NCBI GenBank assembly: GCA_000175855.1
Contig: ACYB01000021.1
Span: forward strand, 58,656-90,655
Reading direction: 5' to 3'
Source of the DNA: Raphidiopsis brookii D9
GTDB taxonomy: Bacteria; Cyanobacteriota; Cyanobacteriia; Cyanobacteriales; Nostocaceae
Length of the DNA stretch: 32,000 bases
The translations under genes were made by a program, and so were the position numbers. Position 1 is the first letter of the stretch, and each line of letters opens with the position of its first letter. Below the pieces are notes generated by a model. That model saw only the letters and a program-made list of their open reading frames with translations. It was not told where the DNA came from and made no database searches. Of this stretch, positions 1 through 9,198 are shown in pieces.

Positions 1-851
1 TGTTCAATAGCTACTGCTGCACATCTCATATTAGTTCGCATCCACTCTATGGCAATAGACCCACAACCTGATCCAATATCCCACAGCAGTTCCCCAGGTA
101 AGGGAGCTAAAGTTGATAGGGTGAGGGATCTGACTTCTCGTTTAGTTAACTGTCCATCATGATGAAAAGCATCATCAGGTAAACCTGGTAGTCTAGATAA
201 CCCAGATATTCCTATTTGGGCAATACATTCTACGGCCATGGTATTTAAATCGGCAATTTCTGTCTCTTGCCAACTTTGGGCTAAACCAGTTAAAATCCTC
301 TCCTTCACACCACCCATCTTTTCTAAAACCGTAATTTTACTACCACCATAACCCCGGGTGGTTAAAATATTAGCTACTATTGCTGGTGTGTGTTTACCCT
401 CACTTAAAATTAGCAGTTTAGCATTAGGGTAAATATAACATGCCAGTAAGGAAACTGGACGACCACATACACTTACGGTTTCTACTTCTGAGTAGTTCCA
501 GCCTAGTCGAGAACAAGCTAAACTAAAAGCTGAGTTGGTGGGAATAATAGTGATTTCTTCCTTAGGAATATGCCTAATTAAACTGGCTCCCACTCCATAG
601 CACATAGGGTCTCCACTAGACAAAACACATACTAATTTGTTCTGATTTCTATATTGTATAACCTGTTGAATAGAATTACCAAAGGGAGAGTTCCAGGAAA
701 TTTTTTTCCTCCCATCATCCGGAGGTAACATAGCTAAATGACGGTCCCCACCTACCAGAATCTCAGCTTGATTAACAAGTAAAATAGCCGTTTTACTTAA
801 TCCAGCAATTCCGTCTTCACCTATGCCTATTATTGATAACCACTTGTACAT
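1..851 (-). CDS. cobL: Bifunctional precorrin-6Y C5,15-methyltransferase (CbiE/CbiT fusion), 3' part off the left edge
   Basis: My reverse-strand reading from ATG at 851 is open to the window edge: MYKWLSIIGIGEDGIAGLSKTAILLVNQAEILVGGDRHL...LSSGDPMCYGVG... then ...GELLWDIGSGCGSIAIEWMR (SAM-binding CbiT motif). Absent from the ORF track because it is truncated. Confidence 0.85.
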   Translation of the reverse strand, partial: MYKWLSIIGIGEDGIAGLSKTAILLVNQAEILVGGDRHLAMLPPDDGRKKISWNSPFGNSIQQVIQYRNQNKLVCVLSSGDPMCYGVGASLIRHIPKEEITIIPTNSAFSLACSRLGWNYSEVETVSVCGRPVSLLACYIYPNAKLLILSEGKHTPAIVANILTTRGYGGSKITVLEKMGGVKERILTGLAQSWQETEIADLNTMAVECIAQIGISGLSRLPGLPDDAFHHDGQLTKREVRSLTLSTLAPLPGELLWDIGSGCGSIAIEWMRTNMRCAAVAIE

Positions 852-1049
852 GTTTGGGAGAGAAAATAAAAGTAACAGAGAGTGATAATATATAATAATA
901 TATCCAGATATCCACCATAAAAAATTATAGCTTTAGCCATAACACCATAGAACTATGGGATAAAAGTGATTGCTGGGTAGGCGTTAACTATTTTATTTAT
1001 GAGATTATGAGATTGTTGCTGAAAATGAGTTAAGATCAAATACATTAGG

Positions 1050-1238
1050 GTGAAAAACACAACCCAGTCCCCAGACTTCCTAGAAATGCCAATGACTACA
1101 AGTAGGCAACCTAAACAACCGCAATCAACACTAGTTTTTGAGTGTCATTTATTACACGATGATAGTAAGGAATTATCACCACACATTCACTTGGTGGGGA
1201 GAAAACCAAAAGATGTTGAAATTCTTTTTATGAGGTAA
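1050..1238 (+). CDS. Possible small protein (62 aa or shorter), unknown
   Basis: ORF only; isolated between annotated neighbours; no clear Shine-Dalgarno. In-frame ATG codons at 1086 and 1092 are alternative starts. Confidence 0.25.
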   Translation: MKNTTQSPDFLEMPMTTSRQPKQPQSTLVFECHLLHDDSKELSPHIHLVGRKPKDVEILFMR

Positions 1239-1438
1239 ATCCTATCCAACAGAGTCCCTAAATCACCTACAGTCAGGTAGTGAACTAAATTATTACTGAC
1301 CCGTCTAACTTTGTTATCACTAAGTTGGGTAGAAACAGATGATAGTTAACAAAACTTGATATTGATTCCCTGGGACTTGAGTCCATGCTCCAATTTTCAC
1401 AAGTTTAACTACGTAGTTTAAAAAGGCAGAAGTACTAC

Positions 1439-1750
1439 ATGCTACACCGCAAGATTTATCAACTGTGTTGCGATGGGCGGGAGGTATGTGTTTTTTTGCG
1501 GGATCAGCAACGCTGGATAGAGCGGGCCCGCATTATTGATATAGAGGGTGATCTGGTGACTCTACGTTATGAGACCGACGAAGAGGACGAAGTCTGCTCT
1601 TGGGAAGAAATGGTTCGCTTGGAGAGTATTGGCTCTGTAACTCAGAAGTTAGCTTCTGTACCACGCGGAAATGTGGATCCCTTGATGACAGATGACTGTC
1701 CCGAGTCGGAACGGATCAACCGATTTACAGATCTCAATCCTGATTCCTAG
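1439..1750 (+). CDS. Conserved cyanobacterial hypothetical protein (DUF6679-like)
   Basis: 103 aa ORF MLHRKIYQLCCDGREVCVFLRDQQRWIERARIIDIEGDLVTLRYETDEEDEVCSWEEMVRLESIGSV; looks like a small conserved cyanobacterial protein. Confidence 0.7.
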   Translation: MLHRKIYQLCCDGREVCVFLRDQQRWIERARIIDIEGDLVTLRYETDEEDEVCSWEEMVRLESIGSVTQKLASVPRGNVDPLMTDDCPESERINRFTDLNPDS

Positions 1751-3372
1751 GATTCATTCTCAGATAAGCGCTCGAAAGCTGGACAGTATCCTTCAAGAGT
1801 AACCTTAAAGTTATATAATGGGGCAGCGGCATTCCAACACCGTTGCCCTCTTTGGTGTTTACAAGTTCCACAGCATTCAATTTCGGACCAGTTATAGTGG
1901 TATTTACTTCTGGCGGTGTCTAAACTGTTCCTGTTTAATAAATATCTTTGGGATAAACCTTTTATAACTAAATCTTCTCCCTGCCAACGGGCTTCTACTA
2001 ACCCAGTATCAGCAAAATCCTGCCAACGTGGATCCTCTCTAATTTCTCTGGGCAAGATAATGGTAATAATTGTTTCTAGTTCGGTTAATTCCCCCTGGTA
2101 ATTGGCTTCTGCGACTGGGGGGGGGGATTGTATTAGTGTTTCCCCAATTGGCAATTCAACCAAGGTTCCCCCAAGGGGTGAGTGTACGTGATAACGATTT
2201 TGTAGTTCTTCTAGGGTAGTTAGGTCAGCTAAGTAAGTGGGATCACCATGAATAAATACCACGTGCTGGGGACGTAAGTTATGAATTAATTGGGTTGTCC
2301 CCGGTCCATCACTATGCTGAGCTAAAAGGTATGTTTCTGTTTGAACCAGGGGGTTTTCTAGATCACTGGCCATCTTTTCTGGGAATAAAACCACCCAGGA
2401 AGCACCATCCCCCTGGTTAATATATTTATTTAAATCCGATTTATAATCCGTTAGTACAATGCAGGGTGGACTTCCCAGGGTGTCTAAATCCTCAACCTTT
2501 AGTCGTCGCACCCGAGGACGCACTCGCTCATCCCAAAATAAGGGTTGGTGACGAGCAAAATTCTGTACTGATGCAGGTAAATGGGATAAAAGCCCTAAAT
2601 AAGCGTCACACCCAGTTGATACTTCGCCATCAACCCAAATATCTATGTCCTGTCCAGTGAAATGATGGTGAGAGCGTAACAACATCAACAATTCCTGACC
2701 TAACCCCAGCGCTGGTGTAGGTAGCAGCACAGAGGACCTATCTATGATGGCCCGATTGATTCTTTCGGCGATTTGATTTTCCTGATGACGACGATGGGGG
2801 TGGCGAGATGTTCCGTAACTACCCTCAATTAACAGCACATCCAAATTTAAACCCCTGAGTTCTTCTAATCTTAGACCATCTACCAACCGGGAGTTAGAAA
2901 GGAAAAAATCCCCTGTGTAGAGTAGTTTGTAGTCTCTTTCTGGACTCTGGTAGGTGAGTAAAATTGCCACAGCACCAGGAAGATGACCAGCAGGGAATAA
3001 TTCCACCACTAGACCTTCTTGTACTTCAACAGGCGATCGCAAAGGGAGTGCTTGACAAAAGGTAATATTTTCTGCTGCTCCCAATTCTGTCCAGTTTAAG
3101 GGTAACAACTTACTAGTTACTTCACTAGTATAAATAGGCAATAAAGGGAAGGCGCGATTTAGTGATAGCAGTCCCCGGCAGTGATCTGGGTGTGCGTGGC
3201 TAATCAAGACCAGATCTGCTGGTGAGTTTTTCTTAGTGATGGAAGAAATATCAGCCGCACCGCAGTCTAGGAGAATGCGGTGGGGACCCATTCTGACTAT
3301 GACACACACCCCCTCATCCTCATGCTGAACACTATAGAGTAAACATTCTAATTCGTTGGCCACTACACTCAC
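1747..3372 (-). CDS. MBL-fold metallo-hydrolase with beta-CASP-like architecture (RNase J/CPSF-like)
   Basis: 541 aa; HAHPDH metal-binding motif (SHAHPDHCRG), LLYTGDFFLSNSRLVDG, later HGDPTYLADL. Confidence 0.8.
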   Translation of the reverse strand: MSVVANELECLLYSVQHEDEGVCVIVRMGPHRILLDCGAADISSITKKNSPADLVLISHAHPDHCRGLLSLNRAFPLLPIYTSEVTSKLLPLNWTELGAAENITFCQALPLRSPVEVQEGLVVELFPAGHLPGAVAILLTYQSPERDYKLLYTGDFFLSNSRLVDGLRLEELRGLNLDVLLIEGSYGTSRHPHRRHQENQIAERINRAIIDRSSVLLPTPALGLGQELLMLLRSHHHFTGQDIDIWVDGEVSTGCDAYLGLLSHLPASVQNFARHQPLFWDERVRPRVRRLKVEDLDTLGSPPCIVLTDYKSDLNKYINQGDGASWVVLFPEKMASDLENPLVQTETYLLAQHSDGPGTTQLIHNLRPQHVVFIHGDPTYLADLTTLEELQNRYHVHSPLGGTLVELPIGETLIQSPPPVAEANYQGELTELETIITIILPREIREDPRWQDFADTGLVEARWQGEDLVIKGLSQRYLLNRNSLDTARSKYHYNWSEIECCGTCKHQRGQRCWNAAAPLYNFKVTLEGYCPAFERLSENES

Positions 3373-3586
3373 AAGGGGACGATGAGGTTAATGTGCAGAA
3401 CCGTTGCCATGATAATTTTCCGAATCATAGAATCCATTTTGATTGCCAAAAAATAGGCAAGCCACGGTAAATATAAACGTTAGTATTACCAGAATCAACT
3501 TGACATCCATTATGTTACCCTACTTTAACCTTTAAGCTACACAACTTATGCTGGCATTATATTAACCTATATTATAGCGAAACTCC

Positions 3587-4123
3587 TTAAAAAATAATTT
3601 CTTTACCTCCCTGGGTAAAACGGACATCTTTAATGTTCCACTCTGGTTTACTGGTAAGGGTTTTGCGAATACTGCCAAAGAGGGCAAACTGCTCACAACT
3701 GGAAAGGGAAGCAATTTGACGACCAGAGTCTGGAGCTACTCGCAGATCAATTATCGCTATCTCATTAGAGATATTTAAACGATAACTAACTATGCTAAAA
3801 TCAGCACTAGTTTGCTGCTCCAGGATTTTGCCTATGCTTTGGTCAATGATCCGGTCTGCTGATAACTTGACCACCTGAGAAATATAATCTTGACATTGGG
3901 CATCACTTGTGTATAGAGTAACCTGGGTAGTTTTGTCAGTGTTACTAAGGGACTGAGAACTGCTATTTGGAGATGGTGGAGGGGAAAAAGGTTGAGAGGT
4001 GGGGGAAGGTTTGGCAGGGTCTGGCAAATTTGTGGGAGCACAACTGCTGACCGCGCCAACTACAATTAATAATATGGGTAATGGCAGTACAGTGAAAATA
4101 TCACTTGATAAACTGAGCTTCAT
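3587..4123 (-). CDS. Hypothetical secreted protein / lipoprotein
   Basis: 178 aa with hydrophobic N-terminus ending in VVGAVSSC (lipobox-like), then a Pro/Ser-rich linker. Confidence 0.6.
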   Translation of the reverse strand: MKLSLSSDIFTVLPLPILLIVVGAVSSCAPTNLPDPAKPSPTSQPFSPPPSPNSSSQSLSNTDKTTQVTLYTSDAQCQDYISQVVKLSADRIIDQSIGKILEQQTSADFSIVSYRLNISNEIAIIDLRVAPDSGRQIASLSSCEQFALFGSIRKTLTSKPEWNIKDVRFTQGGKEIIF

Positions 4124-4191
4124 AGTAGTGATGACCCTTGTTAATTCTTAATTAAACAACAAATGCATTTGTAAGCACTGGTAATTAATCC

Positions 4192-5037
4192 ATGGTAAGA
4201 CCACAAAAACAGTTTGCTCAACATTGGTTAAGAAGTGAAAAAGCACTAAACTCCATTGTTAAAGCTGCTGAATGTCAAGCAAATGATAGGATTTTAGAAA
4301 TTGGTCCGGGAACTGGAATTCTCACTAAGCGGTTGCTACCCTTAGTTGATTCCTTGCTAGCTGTAGAAATTGATCGAGACCTGTGTGAACTACTGGCCAA
4401 AAAACTGGGTGCAAGAGAAAACTTTTTACTTCTCCAGGGTGATTTTCTCACTCTTGGTATAGCATCTCAACTGACCGCTTTTCCTAAATTCCAAAGACAA
4501 AATAAAGTGGTTGCCAATATTCCCTACAATATTACAGGTCCAATTATCGAAAAACTTTTGGGTACTATTGCTGATCCTAATCCCCAACCGTTCGATTCCA
4601 TTGTATTACTTATCCAAAAGGAGGTGGCACAAAGACTATATGCTAAACCAGGTTCTAGAAATTTTGGAGCCCTATCTGTGAGAGTACAGTACTTAGCGGA
4701 ATGCGAGTTCATCTGTACAGTCCCCGCTAGTGCATTTTATCCACCACCAAAAGTAGATTCTGTGGTAGTGCGTTTATTGCCCAGAAATATGGAAATAGGG
4801 GCTAATGATCCTAAACTGTTGGAAAATATGCTTAAATTGGGATTCGGGTGCAAACGAAAAATGCTCAGAAATAATTTGCAATCGGTAATTGACCGTGAGT
4901 CCCTGACTAAATTACTGGAGGGATTAAACATTAATCCTCATGTTCGGGCCGAGGAAATCAGTGTATCTCAATGGGTATCACTGGTCAATTCTCTCAATAC
5001 AACTTCTTTGATGTCTGTTCATACTCAACCCAAATAA
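4192..5037 (+). CDS. rsmA: 16S rRNA (adenine1518/1519-N6)-dimethyltransferase
   Basis: 281 aa; ILEIGPGTGILTKRLL, VVANIPYNITGPI, FYPPPKVDSVVVRL motifs typical of KsgA/RsmA. Confidence 0.95.
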   Translation: MVRPQKQFAQHWLRSEKALNSIVKAAECQANDRILEIGPGTGILTKRLLPLVDSLLAVEIDRDLCELLAKKLGARENFLLLQGDFLTLGIASQLTAFPKFQRQNKVVANIPYNITGPIIEKLLGTIADPNPQPFDSIVLLIQKEVAQRLYAKPGSRNFGALSVRVQYLAECEFICTVPASAFYPPPKVDSVVVRLLPRNMEIGANDPKLLENMLKLGFGCKRKMLRNNLQSVIDRESLTKLLEGLNINPHVRAEEISVSQWVSLVNSLNTTSLMSVHTQPK

Positions 5038-5059
5038 AATAATACTAAATAGTCCTAAT

Positions 5060-6013
5060 ATGCGTCACTACAGTTTAACTGCACCTGCAAAAATCAACTT
5101 ATACTTAGAAATCATTGGTGACCGTGCTGATGGCTATCATGAGTTAGCAATGATTTTACAAAGCATTAATTTAGCAGACAAAGTAGATTTACACGTAGCT
5201 AATACACAAACAATTAGAGTTTTTTGTGATCACCCTGAAGTACCTACAGATGAAAGTAATTTAGCACACCGGGCAGCAGTGCTGATGGCCAGTAATTTTC
5301 CTACTGCTTTTAGTAACTTTGGTGGAGTTGACATTACAGTGAAAAAAAGGATTCCTGTAGCTGCAGGTTTAGCTGGGGGTTCCACAAATGCAGCAGCGGT
5401 GTTGGTGGGCATAGACTTACTTTGGGGTTTAGGATTAACTCAATCTCAATTAGAAGAATTAGGGGCAAACCTAGGTTCAGACGTACCTTTTTGTATTGGT
5501 GGAGGAACAGCAATTGCTACTGGAAGGGGTGAGCAACTTTCTCCCCTTCCTAGTTTAAATAACATGTATTTAGTCCTAGCCAAATATAAAAGTTTAGCTG
5601 TGTCTACCCCTTGGGCCTATCAAAGCTATCGGGAGCAATTTGGTACTAAGTATATAAAAAACCATCAAGACTTTAATCAGCGTACCAAAGCAGTACATGG
5701 GGCAGAAATTGTCCAAGCCATTGCAGCTCAGGACGTAGGGGGAATTAGTCATAAACTGCACAATGATTTAGAAAAGGTTGTTTTACCGGCTTATCCCCAG
5801 GTTCTACAACTACGGGAACTATTTGGCAAACAACCAGAGGTTTTAGGAACAATGATGTCAGGCTCAGGACCTTCAGTATTTGCTATTGTAGAATCAAAAG
5901 AGCATGCTGAAACAGTTAAAGAAAAAATCACAGTAGCTATTAATGATAGTGATTTAGAATTGTTTGTAACCCAAACAATTGGTCATGGCATCCAATTAGA
6001 AACCGGGCATTAA
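5060..6013 (+). CDS. ispE: 4-(cytidine 5'-diphospho)-2-C-methyl-D-erythritol kinase
   Basis: 317 aa; APAKINLYLEIIGDRADGYHEL, PVAAGLAGGSTNAAAVL, MMSGSGPSVFAI GHMP-kinase motifs. Confidence 0.95.
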   Translation: MRHYSLTAPAKINLYLEIIGDRADGYHELAMILQSINLADKVDLHVANTQTIRVFCDHPEVPTDESNLAHRAAVLMASNFPTAFSNFGGVDITVKKRIPVAAGLAGGSTNAAAVLVGIDLLWGLGLTQSQLEELGANLGSDVPFCIGGGTAIATGRGEQLSPLPSLNNMYLVLAKYKSLAVSTPWAYQSYREQFGTKYIKNHQDFNQRTKAVHGAEIVQAIAAQDVGGISHKLHNDLEKVVLPAYPQVLQLRELFGKQPEVLGTMMSGSGPSVFAIVESKEHAETVKEKITVAINDSDLELFVTQTIGHGIQLETGH

Positions 6014-6039
6014 AATTAGTTTAGAAAAGGGAGATAATT

Positions 6040-6342
6040 ATGAAAGAACCTTTAGAATCCGCACAGGGTAAGACCGCTCCACCAACACCATTAAGATGTA
6101 TAACTGGAGCAACAATTTCCGGAGGACTGGCTTTTGCCATGTATTCATTAATGATTGCCATAGCCACTACCTTTGCCAGTAAACCCATTCATTCCGATAA
6201 CCAAATAGTTATTAATATTGCTTCCGCAGTTCGTACCTTAGTGGTGGGCGTGGTAGCTTTGGGAATGGGAATTTTTAGCATAGTGACTATAGGTTTATTG
6301 GCCTTAGCTATCCAGTTATTAATCCAAGGGAAAAATAGTTAA
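6040..6342 (+). CDS. DUF3082-like small membrane protein
   Basis: 100 aa with two hydrophobic helices, in the rsmA-ispE gene string. Confidence 0.7.
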   Translation: MKEPLESAQGKTAPPTPLRCITGATISGGLAFAMYSLMIAIATTFASKPIHSDNQIVINIASAVRTLVVGVVALGMGIFSIVTIGLLALAIQLLIQGKNS

Positions 6343-6365
6343 ATATTTAGGTAAATTGGTAGATC

Positions 6366-7172
6366 TTATGCCTTGGAAACATGAGACAATTGGTGTTTTT
6401 TTCTCCACATCTTTGGTGATAGACTTTGATACTGACTAAACTGCCTAGAAAAATGACAACAATTTTGATAGCCGATTTTGGTGGCAATCTCTTCAATTGT
6501 TAAAGCAGTGTTTTTTAATAAAAAGCAGGCTTGGGTTATTCTACGTTTGACTATCCAGCTATTGACACCATTTCCTGTTTGTTGAGATACTTGGTTGGTT
6601 AAATAAGCTGGAGAGTAACCTACAGCTTGTGCAACATCGGATAAAGTAATGCCTAAGTGGTAATGACTTTCAATATAGTCAAAAACCTTTTGAAAATGGG
6701 GAATATTAGGAAATACTAAGGCTGGATTATCTGGTTTGTTTGTTATGGGGGAGTTGTTATTGACATACCAAGATTTTATGAGAGACTGTTTTTCTAATCT
6801 GATATGGATAGCTTTTAATAGTTCATCAATTGTGGTAGGTTTAGTCAAATAATCATCAGCACCTAATTCCATAGCCTTTCTCAGAGCTGCTTTGGAATTA
6901 TTGGCGGAAAGAAAAATAAATGGCATGATTGCTAACTGGGAATTTTGACGCAATTTAGTTAAAACGGTATAACCATCCATATCTGGCATAATCAACTCGC
7001 AAATAACTATGTCAGGTAGGTTTTCCTTAGCTTTGTAAAGACCAAGTTCACCGGTTTCTGCTGCGATGGTGGCAAAACCTTCAGCTTTCAGAGATTCTAA
7101 TAAAAGATTTTGCATTAAATGGTCATCTTCAATTACCAGAATTTTTTTTGATGATTTAGCTGTCATTGTCAA
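6366..7172 (-). CDS. Response regulator with receiver domain and AraC-type HTH output domain
   Basis: 268 aa; ILVIEDDHLMQN...VICELIMPDMDGYTV...FLSA...ADDYLTKP (REC), then LSDVAQAVGYSPAYLTNQVSQQTG...IEEIATKIGYQNCCHFSRQFSQYQSLSPKMWR (AraC HTH). Confidence 0.9.
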   Translation of the reverse strand: MTMTAKSSKKILVIEDDHLMQNLLLESLKAEGFATIAAETGELGLYKAKENLPDIVICELIMPDMDGYTVLTKLRQNSQLAIMPFIFLSANNSKAALRKAMELGADDYLTKPTTIDELLKAIHIRLEKQSLIKSWYVNNNSPITNKPDNPALVFPNIPHFQKVFDYIESHYHLGITLSDVAQAVGYSPAYLTNQVSQQTGNGVNSWIVKRRITQACFLLKNTALTIEEIATKIGYQNCCHFSRQFSQYQSLSPKMWRKKHQLSHVSKA

Positions 7173-7213
7173 AAAATATAATTTTTTAAAAACTTGTGAC
7201 TGTCAATAGAGGA

Positions 7214-8293
7214 TTAAGAATTGAATTCTCTTGGCAAAGATGGTAAAACTATAGTGAATGTGCTACCCATACCCAATTCACTAGTTATTATGATTTGACC
7301 CTCACATAGATCCACCAGAGTCTTAACAATGGATAAACCAAGTCCGGTACCAGAAATCTGACCAACATTATGACCTCGATAGAATTTTTCAAATAGTCTA
7401 TCTTGATCCACCTGGGGAATGCCAATACCTTGATCTTTAACTTTCAGAATGATTTGCTTATCTTCATTTTCAATTAAAAGATGCACAATAGTCGTATCAG
7501 GTGAATATTTAATAGCATTATCTAGTAAGTTGGTTAGAATTGCTTCTATTACGTGGGGATCTATCCATACTTGCTTACAGTCTCCTAGATGATCAAACTG
7601 AATTGACCTCCTATTTTTAATTAGGGTCATTTTTTTGACTAAATTCTCACAAAATTCAATCAAATTTACCTGGATGGGTGAGATAATTGCTTGGGAATAT
7701 TTGGTCTTACTTAAAAATAAAATGTCATCCAATATGTGATCAATTTGTTTGACTGCTGTTTCAATGTGTCTAACAAGTGACAACATTTTTTCTTCTTCCC
7801 ATTGATGAATATTTCGTTTAAGTAGACTGTTGGAAAAGGAAATAATATTGAGGGGTGTACGAAATTCATGGCAGAGTATGGGCACTAATTCTTGTGTATT
7901 TTCTTTGATGACTCCATAACAAAACTCACTTTCTTTTAATTGAATATAGGCAAAATCTATTGTTGCTACAAATTTTCTTCCCCCCTTAGTGCGATAGCGA
8001 GATTTCCAAGACAGACCTTCCACACTTTTGAGATTTTCCCATTTTTGCAACCATTTATTCAGAGAAAAATCTATATCCAAATTACTCAGATTCATAGATA
8101 GTAATTCTTGATGCGAATACTCCGTAACAATACACATAGACTTATTTATATAAATAAAGTCTCCATTATTTCTGATACAAAATGCAGCATCTATGATTTG
8201 ATTAATCAAAAAGTTGGCAAGTTTATCCTCCATCGAAGAATAGCTTAATTGATAATTGATTGTTTCTAGCATGGAATCCTGCGAATTCATCAT
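7214..8293 (-). CDS. PAS-domain sensor histidine kinase
   Basis: 359 aa; PAS-like region, H-box LCHEFRTPLNII, N-box NLLDNAIKYSP, G-boxes DQGIGIP and GTGLGLSIVK. Confidence 0.92.
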   Translation of the reverse strand: MMNSQDSMLETINYQLSYSSMEDKLANFLINQIIDAAFCIRNNGDFIYINKSMCIVTEYSHQELLSMNLSNLDIDFSLNKWLQKWENLKSVEGLSWKSRYRTKGGRKFVATIDFAYIQLKESEFCYGVIKENTQELVPILCHEFRTPLNIISFSNSLLKRNIHQWEEEKMLSLVRHIETAVKQIDHILDDILFLSKTKYSQAIISPIQVNLIEFCENLVKKMTLIKNRRSIQFDHLGDCKQVWIDPHVIEAILTNLLDNAIKYSPDTTIVHLLIENEDKQIILKVKDQGIGIPQVDQDRLFEKFYRGHNVGQISGTGLGLSIVKTLVDLCEGQIIITSELGMGSTFTIVLPSLPREFNS

Positions 8294-8934
8294 CTTTATT
8301 TACTCCTAAGTCTTTGTACAGTACAAAAATATATACACCAGACTGTCATAGTTAATTTACAGCTGGTTGTATAGATTTAACCAAACCCTAATACTGAATT
8401 TTTCCCGTCAATTCCGTACCAAGCGTTCTGAGCTTATCTATTCATTATTTGTCATTACTAAGTCAGACAGGAAATAACCACTAGGTTAGTACTATAAACA
8501 ATATTAAATTGTCTATAGACAGTGATAATACTGGGAAGTACCTTATGTATAGACATCAACAACTTCAATCCTAGGAAGTTTTTGTAATCTCCCATCAAGG
8601 AGATTGAATTATATTCACAGAAGGTAAATCATCCTCCTATTGACATAATTGATCATTAGAAAAGTTTGGCGATCATCCGTCATCTAACTAAAGAAGTATT
8701 AGCTGTAAAGATTATGAGTGTTTTGGAATACAATCATTGATCGATGACAGATACATAGTCAAGGTAACACCGAAAAAATAGACAAGTCTATCTAAAAATA
8801 GTTCATTTATTCCCCTGTTAAATTTGAGTATCCTGAATACATTGACCAATGGAATAATAGATGAAATAAACCTGATAACATGTTAAACCATCTATGGAAC
8901 CATGGATTGATGTCAGAAATTAGGAGTGCATACT

Positions 8935-9186
8935 ATGAAAGGACAGTTAGCTTATAATAGACAGATTAATAAGAAAATCAATACGGATCAAATAGAACAA
9001 ATTATCAAGGCAATTATAGCGGGCAAATATTCTTGGGCTTGTGTTTTACTGCTGAGATTTTCGGGACTTAACCCCATTGACTACATACCATACCGCACTT
9101 ATATCAGATTGCTGAAAAATAATTATTTACTAGGTGGCTCTGGGCAAAATCAAGCAAGTAAAAAAGAAGTGGAAATAATGTGTTAA
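8935..9186 (+). CDS. HetP-family heterocyst-commitment homolog
   Basis: IEQIIKAIIAGKYSWACVLLLRFSGLNPIDYIPYRTYIRLLKNN is HetP-family-like. ATG at 8935 has AGGAG at 8922-8926 (8 nt spacing), so I prefer it to the GTG at 8926. Confidence 0.8.
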   Translation: MKGQLAYNRQINKKINTDQIEQIIKAIIAGKYSWACVLLLRFSGLNPIDYIPYRTYIRLLKNNYLLGGSGQNQASKKEVEIMC

Positions 9187-9198
9187 TTCATTCTACCT

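Noticed and set aside
881-960. AT-rich run (ataatatataatataatatatccagatatcc) considered as a repeat or origin-like element
   Set aside because: No iterated unit, DnaA-box cluster or paired arms beyond simple AT richness.
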